From a virus, in the IMG/VR virus record IMGVR_UViG_3300017991_000090, positions 1 to 64,000 of that record: DNA of 64,000 bases. One strand, 5' to 3'. Of the stretch, positions 48,760-56,421 are shown piece after piece; the stretch's first letter is position 1, and every line of letters starts with the position of its first letter. The notes below the pieces were generated by a model, which was not told the origin of the DNA, made no database searches, and worked only from the letters and a program-made list of their open reading frames with translations. A program made the translations under genes and the position numbers.

Positions 48760-50946
48760 ATGGTTACTGTACATGATGCCGTCAATCCGCCAACATTAAC
48801 GAAGGTAGCTAATTACGAGCTGCCTAACAATGTGGCAGAATGGAACGAGGAAATCCTCGACCAATTTATTGAGCAGGTCAATTACCTGCCAAAAGAATTT
48901 GGCGTTGATATTTCAGTAAAGTCAGTTGACGAAAATGAAGGATACGCCAAAGGGAGTATAATCGTATCGTACCAGGGAAGGCAAATCAACTTTCCAATTA
49001 TTGTCAAGGATTACCAGCTGAGCCCGTTCGACGTCTTCGTATACAAAGAAAAGGGTGAGAACAAATTCGTCTCAGCAAACCTTGATAATATCAAAAAGGT
49101 TCTCTCTTCAACGAAGATTGGCAAGGTTGAAAATAAAATTAAGGGTGGTCAGTATCCGGGAATAAAGCGCCCCGGTGGAATCCTCCCTAAAGAGACCATT
49201 GACATCAATGACCTTATGAATTCATATGACTATCCTGAATTCTCCAAGATGTCAGGATGGCCTTTATACGCTGACACAGAGGCGATGGAAAAGCTCGCTA
49301 TCCAGATGGAGTCAGATGCAGATGTTGGCGAATCTTTCGTTGATAACACCGGCGACCTGATAGGGAACATCATAGAGCTTAATAAAAATAAAAAGCGTAT
49401 CATTAGCGACGACCATAAAGAAGGTATCCTTGACCTTAAAAACGTCGTCAAAGCAAAACGCGCCGTGGTTGTTCTGGATTCTCAGCTGTTTGATGTGAAC
49501 AGCCTCAAACCTGTTGAAGCTCCATCAGTGTGTGAGGTCAGGCTGTATCAATATCCAACCATGGAAGACTATATCGAAAGCGGTAGCACAATGGCTGGAA
49601 GGTTCCTTGCCACCATGAACGGTAAAGCCGTCCCTGGTATCGTTATTGATTATAAAGACAGTTATGACCTGAGAAATGAACCAATAGGATGCGTACCATC
49701 CACATGCGATGACGATGCGACCAAGGATAAAAAGAAGGTTCGCAACCGCCGCGATCAGGTCTTCATTTCGCTTGATGGCAGGTACTACTGTCGATACAAT
49801 GACTATGAGAAAACCGGTATTGGTTTTTATGGCTCAAGCGTCCTCGGCCAGGATGGTGCGATGGAAAAAGCCATCGGCATCCTCCGTGATAAAACCAGCG
49901 ATTGTTTTACCAACATAAATCGTGAAAATAAAAATGACGGCTCAGACAAGCTGTTTAAGCCGAATGAGGAGCGTGAAGACGGTAAGAAAGAATACCATGG
50001 CGGCGTATGCTGTGGTGGTCTGTATGGAAATCTTTTCGTGATTTACGGCTCCAAAGATGCGTATGAATGCACATCGTTCGGCGGCAGGTTCCGCAAATAC
50101 CGCGTCAACGATATCAATGTTTTTGTATCAGCAGAAGACGCAGTTGTTCCTGCTAATGTTGCCGGAATACAGCGTGTCAGCGATGTAAAAGATCCTGTCT
50201 ACAAAATGGTTCTCGGAAAGGTGAGAAATATATACCTTGTCCCTGAAGGGTCTCTTATTATCAATTCAGGATTTATGCAGTCGCTGAACAATGGTGACAT
50301 TATGAAGCCCGACAAACCGATATGTCAGATGTATGAAGATGCTGCGATTAATAAAGTGGCCCTGCTTATCCAGGACAACGCTTATACTATCACCGGCGAA
50401 CCGTTCGAACCGTTAAAGAAAGTGGCTAAAATTAACGGCACCGGCCTTGACACAAAGCAGACAATCACAGCGCTTAATACAATGGGTGTCGAAACTGAAA
50501 TAGCCAAGACAGCAATGAAGGTGGCCTTGAACCGGGCAACTGATGACGATGTCGCTGATAAGGCTGTCACCATATGGGGAGTGTGTGACGATTACATCAA
50601 TACCGGTGTGGTGAAGGAGCTTGAAAAGCAGGCCAGAGTCAAGAAAATCCTTAAACAGATGTGTGACGAAATGAGGGTAGACCTGGTTAAAGAGGCAAGC
50701 GCCCTTGATGACCCTGAAGCTGTCGACGTTGTGCTGTCGTTGAATTTTATCAATGAGGACAGTCTGAGGGGTTATATTGACAACCTGCGTACAATGAAGG
50801 ATGTCTCCAACAACCTTGCCGAGCTGCTGATAGCATCACGGATGGGCCTGAAAGATATTGATGAAAGCGCTGTGAAAAAGGCTATGGACGGCCTCAACAA
50901 GGTGATTCTTAATCTCGAAAGTGTAAAGCTGGCCGTTGAAGGTTAG
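48760..50946 (+). CDS. Large virion protein with multiple K-x-A motifs
   Basis: 728 aa; TKVA, EKLA, NKVA, EKQA, VKEA, VKLA. Confidence 0.55.
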   Translation: MVTVHDAVNPPTLTKVANYELPNNVAEWNEEILDQFIEQVNYLPKEFGVDISVKSVDENEGYAKGSIIVSYQGRQINFPIIVKDYQLSPFDVFVYKEKGENKFVSANLDNIKKVLSSTKIGKVENKIKGGQYPGIKRPGGILPKETIDINDLMNSYDYPEFSKMSGWPLYADTEAMEKLAIQMESDADVGESFVDNTGDLIGNIIELNKNKKRIISDDHKEGILDLKNVVKAKRAVVVLDSQLFDVNSLKPVEAPSVCEVRLYQYPTMEDYIESGSTMAGRFLATMNGKAVPGIVIDYKDSYDLRNEPIGCVPSTCDDDATKDKKKVRNRRDQVFISLDGRYYCRYNDYEKTGIGFYGSSVLGQDGAMEKAIGILRDKTSDCFTNINRENKNDGSDKLFKPNEEREDGKKEYHGGVCCGGLYGNLFVIYGSKDAYECTSFGGRFRKYRVNDINVFVSAEDAVVPANVAGIQRVSDVKDPVYKMVLGKVRNIYLVPEGSLIINSGFMQSLNNGDIMKPDKPICQMYEDAAINKVALLIQDNAYTITGEPFEPLKKVAKINGTGLDTKQTITALNTMGVETEIAKTAMKVALNRATDDDVADKAVTIWGVCDDYINTGVVKELEKQARVKKILKQMCDEMRVDLVKEASALDDPEAVDVVLSLNFINEDSLRGYIDNLRTMKDVSNNLAELLIASRMGLKDIDESAVKKAMDGLNKVILNLESVKLAVEG

Positions 50947-50982
50947 CACGTTGCTTTATCCTTTTTAAATAATTGAGCAATT

Positions 50983-51005
50983 GGCCCGGTCTAACCGGGC
51001 CTTTT
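50983..51005 (+). terminator. Intrinsic terminator
   Basis: GGCCCGGT-CTA-ACCGGGCC-TTTT. Confidence 0.75.
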
Positions 51006-51017
51006 GTATTAATAGCT

Positions 51018-51046
51018 AAAAAAAAAGCCTTCGGTCGGGAAGGCTT
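51018..51046 (-). terminator. Intrinsic terminator of the RT operon
   Basis: AAGCCTTC-CCGACC-GAAGGC followed by T9. Confidence 0.75.
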
Positions 51047-51055
51047 AAAAACTAT

Positions 51056-51306
51056 GTTGATGAAGCTGAATCTGGCTGGGGTCGGGGGCCAGACAGGGGC
51101 AACCCTGACTGGCCGCACGGTTCCCGCATGTTAGTGCGGGAGCCGTGACCAGGCATTGATCGACACAAATCCACATTTGTAAAACAGCTTCTGTTTTAGA
51201 AATTGGATTTGTTATACGCCCCGTGCGTTTTTGTGAGCCACAGGTGCCTTATATGCCCTCCGAAGCGAAACGCTTCAGTCGAGAGCTCAGCTCTCCCTCC
51301 ATCAAC
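51056..51306 (-). ncRNA. Retron-like msr-msd ncRNA, unit F (in the RT operon)
   Basis: 10-bp stem GUUGAUGGAG/CUUCAUCAAC; G.G at 51296/51066; msr stem-loops GAGAGC-UGA-GCUCUC and CUGAAGCG-UUU-CGCUUCGG; multi-hairpin msd 51067-about 51250. Confidence 0.85.
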
Positions 51307-51311
51307 TGAGT

Positions 51312-51497
51312 TTAATCTGCCTCATTCTTGGTCTCTGTAAGATCAGGTTCCTTTTTCTTTCGTTTCGGCAGAATTTTTTTCATACTACCAACTAAATTGG
51401 CAACCGGTTCAGCTATTGCTTTTACAAAATTCGCTGTCGCATCGACACCTTTGTTAAATTTCTCGAGCTTCTGCTCGCCTGTTGCTGTTTGGTCCAT
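51312..51497 (-). CDS. Small amphipathic protein (61 aa) in the retron operon
   Basis: AGGAGAG RBS; lies between RNase H and ncRNA F. Confidence 0.55.
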   Translation of the reverse strand: MDQTATGEQKLEKFNKGVDATANFVKAIAEPVANLVGSMKKILPKRKKKEPDLTETKNEAD

Positions 51498-51528
51498 AAA
51501 CTCTCCTGTATGGAAAATGGTTATAGAA

Positions 51529-52017
51529 TTATTTACCCTTCGCCTTAAGCATCTGCTCCTTGACAATAGCATCAACAGCATTGTTATACTGATTTGATGC
51601 ATGCCCTTTCACCCACTTAAAGGTAAAGGATTTAAATTCGGGGGTAATACTATCCAACCTTTTCCACAAATTCAAGTTTAATACTTTCTTACCGTTTGAT
51701 TTTCTCCAGCCGTTCCTCTTCCATTCAGGAAGGTATGCAGTATAGTTCTCACTTACATACTGCGAATCTGGCCTTACTATACAATGGTGGTTTGAGGCGC
51801 CGTCATAAGAATCGTCCAGCTCTTTCTTTAATGCCTTTAACCCTTGAATAACAGCGAGCAATTCCATCTGATTATTGGTGACGTTTATTCTGTAGCCACC
51901 TCCTTTTCTTATTATTGTGTTGGCAGGGTCTAATATAATCCACCCGTACCCTCCAGGACATCCAGCATCTCTCTTGTTTCCAGAGCAACCACCGTCAGTG
52001 TAAACTGTAAATGTCAC
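51529..52017 (-). CDS. rnhA: Ribonuclease HI
   Basis: YTDGG, TNNQMEL, DSQY, WVKGH, N..VD motifs. Confidence 0.95.
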   Translation of the reverse strand: MTFTVYTDGGCSGNKRDAGCPGGYGWIILDPANTIIRKGGGYRINVTNNQMELLAVIQGLKALKKELDDSYDGASNHHCIVRPDSQYVSENYTAYLPEWKRNGWRKSNGKKVLNLNLWKRLDSITPEFKSFTFKWVKGHASNQYNNAVDAIVKEQMLKAKGK

Positions 52018-52031
52018 TAATTTCTCCGTTT

Positions 52032-53084
52032 CTAATTAAATTTTTCTCCTTCAAATTTTAGCAACTGATCCATGTATTTCTTTCCTTTACCATGGTCAAT
52101 TGACATAACAAATGAGGCGTACCCTTTTAATTGTTTCAGAAGTGATTTGGTAGTTTTATCAGCGTGTTTAACAGTGGCGTGGTGTACCTGTGCCCGGAAT
52201 AGATGCATCCTTTTCCGCTGTATTGATGTTTTTACGTTAACAACAACACCGCACACCTTAAGCCTTCCTGCTTTTGATTTCCACAATGTTTTCTTTTTAT
52301 TCGGAGTAAATCCATAAGCCCACAGCTGTCTGTATGCCTGCTGTTTTATGGCTTTCTTTAACTCTTTTTTAGTCAAGGTTTTACTGCTGAACGCAAGGTC
52401 GTCAGCATACCTGGTATATTCAATGTCTCGCTCTTTGCAATATCTGAGCATGGTCTGGTCGAAACCCCTCATAACGATATTCGCTATCATTGGAGAGGTG
52501 GGAAACCCCTGTGCAGTATATCCATCAACAGTGCAAAGGTCAATTATCCGGTTAAACATGGACTGGTAGCCAGTAGCCTCGCAATATTCTTTAATGACTA
52601 CGGCTTTTATCTCTTCGCACTTAAACTCATAATTCTGGTTTTTATTATGATAAAGCGATGGGCTGCACCTTCCATCCAGCATCCGTTCATAAAATTTGCA
52701 ATATCTGCAAATATGCTTATTGCCGAACAGGCAGTTTTTCAAATGTTCCGTTGATATGGAATCAAAGAAACTCTTAATGTCAATCTTACCAAGAGAGTTT
52801 GCTCCGACATGGAGCTTTGCATTTGTTGCAATACCTTTCTTTGCCACAAAGCCATGAGCAGCCTCACTCGGCCTGAACCGGCGAAGAAAGCGCCAGTAAA
52901 TTGACTTCTGTATATATTTTAATCGTTTGTCGGGTGCAACGATTTGTCTTTTGGATCCGTCCTTTTTAGGGACTGTTATCCTATCAAGATGATTGTGTTT
53001 ATTTAGAATTATGTCATCAATTTCTTCAATTTCGGCCCCAAGAATCTTGGGCATGTCAAAATTACTGAGTGGAGCCTTTATCAT
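52032..53084 (-). CDS. Retron-type reverse transcriptase with Cys-rich insertion
   Basis: PKKDGSKR-I-AP, AHGF, region-X NAKLH (NAxxH), DIKSFF, QGFPTSP, YADD, region-Y VCG (VTG variant). Confidence 0.93.
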   Translation of the reverse strand: MIKAPLSNFDMPKILGAEIEEIDDIILNKHNHLDRITVPKKDGSKRQIVAPDKRLKYIQKSIYWRFLRRFRPSEAAHGFVAKKGIATNAKLHVGANSLGKIDIKSFFDSISTEHLKNCLFGNKHICRYCKFYERMLDGRCSPSLYHNKNQNYEFKCEEIKAVVIKEYCEATGYQSMFNRIIDLCTVDGYTAQGFPTSPMIANIVMRGFDQTMLRYCKERDIEYTRYADDLAFSSKTLTKKELKKAIKQQAYRQLWAYGFTPNKKKTLWKSKAGRLKVCGVVVNVKTSIQRKRMHLFRAQVHHATVKHADKTTKSLLKQLKGYASFVMSIDHGKGKKYMDQLLKFEGEKFN

Positions 53085-54210
53085 TAGTTTTGTCTTCCTC
53101 CTGTTCTTCTACGGCCTTTTTGCGGGCCTCGTTCATATCCTTGGCTTCTCCTGTTTTGACCATATCAGTAGCTTCGGTCTCAACCGGATCCACCTCAATA
53201 TCCACTCCTACCTTTTCCATCTCAGCGTCTGCCATTTCGCCCTCCGGATTAAGTATTGTTAAAATGTCATCAATATGTTGTTCCAATTTATCTTTGGTAA
53301 TAACTGAGCCACCAACATCATGGTGGCCACCGCCACTTATGGTGTAATTAAACCCTCCCAGCATTTGACCAATATGAACACCATTGGTAAAATTGCCCCA
53401 TTGATTAAAACCAACATCGGTCTGTACCCTGTCGCCACCGAGGTGTACAACTCTGAATGCATATTTTACATCAGGCCTGACATAATATTCAGAATACCTG
53501 GGGTAAGCATACAGTCTGTTCATCTCAGTGATCGCAACCGGTCCATTTATAACCATCGCCTTTTCAATGGACAAGGCTGCCTTCCGTAACTTTGCAACAG
53601 CCGACTGGTCAATACCGAGAGTTAGCAACGCCTCATTAATGTCAAAGTCTGCTGCACAAATCACTTCGACTATTCTGCAATACAGCGAATCAATCGTAAT
53701 AGTCATCTGCTCAAGGTGCGCTTTTAATATCATCAAAGGCGTAAGACAGCTGAATATATATTCAACAGATTCATAGCCGGCGCTGTCAATCATATCAACC
53801 ATATTAATCATATGCGGGTCAATCGGCAAATACCTTCCAAGCGGGTTGTATGTAAGGTGTTCATAAATAATTTTCGCCGCAGATTTTGCCTTTGGGTCAT
53901 AACACTTGTTCGGATCAATGACCGGCTTGTCACCAAGGGTTTTATTGTAATGGTGGTCAATCCATAAGTTGGCCATTTCATGGTGCTGGTAGTCAACAAT
54001 TATACAAATGTCGTTACCATCCAAATCCGCATCTTCTATGATTTTATTAAACTTATCACCCCTCTGTGAAGACCTCACAGGTCTTAGGGTGTACATTCTA
54101 CCATCGACCACGTACTTTAAAACCAAAGCCGCGCTTATAATACCATCCACATCATCGTGGAAAAAGATGTGAAACATACCGTTGTTCATTCTTGGTATAT
54201 GCCCTTTCAT
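53062..54210 (-). CDS. DHH-family phosphoesterase
   Basis: HDDVDG, VD, IDHH, SAA, GGGH motifs; overlaps the RT start. Confidence 0.85.
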   Translation of the reverse strand: MKGHIPRMNNGMFHIFFHDDVDGIISAALVLKYVVDGRMYTLRPVRSSQRGDKFNKIIEDADLDGNDICIIVDYQHHEMANLWIDHHYNKTLGDKPVIDPNKCYDPKAKSAAKIIYEHLTYNPLGRYLPIDPHMINMVDMIDSAGYESVEYIFSCLTPLMILKAHLEQMTITIDSLYCRIVEVICAADFDINEALLTLGIDQSAVAKLRKAALSIEKAMVINGPVAITEMNRLYAYPRYSEYYVRPDVKYAFRVVHLGGDRVQTDVGFNQWGNFTNGVHIGQMLGGFNYTISGGGHHDVGGSVITKDKLEQHIDDILTILNPEGEMADAEMEKVGVDIEVDPVETEATDMVKTGEAKDMNEARKKAVEEQEEDKTNDKGSTQ

Positions 54211-54291
54211 TAGTTAAAGAAGGGAGCCGAGAATCCCGACCCCCTAAACTCAATATTAAAAAGAAGAAGGAATAATAAGTCCTTCAACATT

Positions 54292-54320
54292 GTTATTACA
54301 TGATAATTTTTAAAATAACG
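54292..54320 (-). promoter_or_regulatory. Phage promoter motif copy upstream of the DHH-RT-RNase H operon
   Basis: CGTTAT-N14-TGTAATAAC. Confidence 0.6.
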
Positions 54321-54597
54321 AGTACTTGGTATACTTGGTGTCACTCCGCTCTCTGACATGGGCATGCAATTTCTTTTTATCTACCAGATGGCTCATGCTG
54401 ACATTGGCTCTTGTCTGTCTTTTGGCGAATGGCCGGTCTTGCGGTTTAGATAGTGTGGGCCTGTTCTTGCTTAACGGCTGGAGATCATGCTTTGCACGAG
54501 CGTTATACAGTGTCTCATCATACACTGCAAGTTTGACAAAGGCAGCTGCCGTGTTCTGCAGCTGCCCGTCAAAATACTCTGAGGATATAGATAACAT
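54310..54597 (-). CDS. Small basic protein with K-x-A leader
   Basis: AAFVKLA; TAATG coupling. Confidence 0.5.
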   Translation of the reverse strand: MLSISSEYFDGQLQNTAAAFVKLAVYDETLYNARAKHDLQPLSKNRPTLSKPQDRPFAKRQTRANVSMSHLVDKKKLHAHVRERSDTKYTKYSLF

Positions 54598-55214
54598 TAT
54601 AATAGTTTGCCGGTACCGTAACCAGCGGCAAGACCTCCTGCAGCAAGAGTTCCAGGGGCCTTTTTACCGAGCAGCCTGGCTGATGCCATTGCTTTTTCGC
54701 CGAAGGTTTTATATTTTTTCTTAGTAAGACCAACACCCTGGCCTTTGAAAATTTTCCCAATGTCTTTAAAAACTTTCTTGCCGCCGAACAAAGCTTTTAA
54801 GACACCAGCCTTGGCCTCTTTATCCATGCCAATAAAACTTTCTGCAACCGAAGAGTCTGAGGCGAGTTTCTGCATCTCATCTTCAAACGATGCAGTGTAA
54901 ACTTCGTCGAGTTGACCAGCTGTTTTTGCTTGACCCATCTGGAACCCCTTTCTTAAATAATGCTGTGCTATTTGTTTGTTCTCAACTTTATTTCGTGCTT
55001 GCCATGCGGTATGTAACCGCTTATTTTCCCGGATATTAGCTTCAACAAAAGCTTTTCCAAGCTCATCAGCCATTGTTTCTGCACCGACCCGGAGTCCCTT
55101 CTTCTTACCGAGCAAGAACCCGCCAGTACCACCAGCAGTAAGGCTGGCCGCAGCAGCAGTTATAGGGCTCTTTATCACTTTGGATAAAGCGCCTTTGAAG
55201 GCAGTTTTCTCCAT
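54597..55214 (-). CDS. Gly/Lys-rich putative internal virion protein
   Basis: MEKTA, AKTA, SFEDEMQKLA, DKEA motifs. Confidence 0.6.
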   Translation of the reverse strand: MEKTAFKGALSKVIKSPITAAAASLTAGGTGGFLLGKKKGLRVGAETMADELGKAFVEANIRENKRLHTAWQARNKVENKQIAQHYLRKGFQMGQAKTAGQLDEVYTASFEDEMQKLASDSSVAESFIGMDKEAKAGVLKALFGGKKVFKDIGKIFKGQGVGLTKKKYKTFGEKAMASARLLGKKAPGTLAAGGLAAGYGTGKLL

Positions 55215-55368
55215 ATCTATATCCTTTGAAAAAAAGTCAAAACTAATATATAATGTTATTATAGAATATAATTAACGATTCTTGCAAGTACAAAAAAATT
55301 AAACGATAAATTAGCGATATTATAAAAAATATTATATATTCCATAATATAGACTAATTGAGAGGTTTA

Positions 55369-56421
55369 ATGGGTACAATTCCTTTTAAGAAATTTATCAT
55401 AACTCTTTTATTTTGTAATAAAGAGATACCTGATATCATAAGCAAACTCAACTCTTTCAGCTATGAAGTGACGGAAGAAGAAGTAAGCGAAATCTTCTCC
55501 GAGATGAGAGACATCCTACCTGAAAATATAAGTAAGCATGTTGAAAATAGAATGCTGCTTAGCACCAGTGATGCAACCCATGTTGAGTGGTTGAGGTATT
55601 TTGATGTATTCGAAATATACGATTACATTGTAAGGTGTAATGATAACATTGATAATAAGCCAAATTATTTTAAATGGTGTGAAGACTGTGTGTGGGCGCA
55701 TACTCATAAAGATGTAATGTCCCTGATTAATATTTTCCTTTTCAATGAAGAAGATATCGATTCCATTTCAGAAATCATAATGGTAAAGTACAGAAGGAAG
55801 ATTGGTGTTGATGCGCTTCAGTTGTATCAAAAAATATTCTGGGACACCAACAACCTGTCAGCCAAAGATGCGCATAGATATTGCAGGCCATTCAGGAACA
55901 ATTCGTTAATCATCCGACAGTTCAGGTCAGGAAACTCTGAAATAGAAATGCGTGATATCCCAGCCGATTCACATGACGGCTGCGATGTTCCATTCAATTT
56001 CCATGACAGTGATTACATTAAGTGGAAGATAGGATACACTGTAACAGCCCCTACCCCCAAAGACTTTCTGCAAAAGGTTCAGACAGACAGCGTGTTCAAA
56101 TATTATGAAGCTATGAACATGGCGCAGAGTGTTGAGGTTGAGGAAAGTTCAGGTTCTAATGATATAGTCGGTGCATTTGAAAACACTAAATCAAAACGAC
56201 GCAACGTAGAGGAAATGCGGGTCAGACTGGCGAAGGAGTGGATGAAGTTATACATCCGTGCCAGGGACAATATGCCTGACGGCGATAATAAGTCAGATGA
56301 TTTCTTTAAGAAGATGCGTGAGCTTGAGCTTGGTTTTGACCAGTGTAATGAGCAGATTGCCAAAATCGATGATATGCCAGATGTGCAGGATGATATCAAG
56401 GGTGATATTCCAAATCTATGA
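55369..56421 (+). CDS. Hypothetical protein upstream of TerL (possible small terminase)
   Basis: ATGA overlap with terL; assignment by position only. Confidence 0.4.
   Translation: MGTIPFKKFIITLLFCNKEIPDIISKLNSFSYEVTEEEVSEIFSEMRDILPENISKHVENRMLLSTSDATHVEWLRYFDVFEIYDYIVRCNDNIDNKPNYFKWCEDCVWAHTHKDVMSLINIFLFNEEDIDSISEIIMVKYRRKIGVDALQLYQKIFWDTNNLSAKDAHRYCRPFRNNSLIIRQFRSGNSEIEMRDIPADSHDGCDVPFNFHDSDYIKWKIGYTVTAPTPKDFLQKVQTDSVFKYYEAMNMAQSVEVEESSGSNDIVGAFENTKSKRRNVEEMRVRLAKEWMKLYIRARDNMPDGDNKSDDFFKKMRELELGFDQCNEQIAKIDDMPDVQDDIKGDIPNL

Noticed and set aside
51077-51100. G-quadruplex in the unit F cDNA
   Set aside because: Only three long G-tracts, and they partly sit in Watson-Crick hairpins.
52032-53084. 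RT as DGR or group II intron enzyme
   Set aside because: Has retron NAxxH and VTG-like motifs; no TR/VR repeat pair or avd-like gene, and no maturase/endonuclease domain or intron domain V seen.
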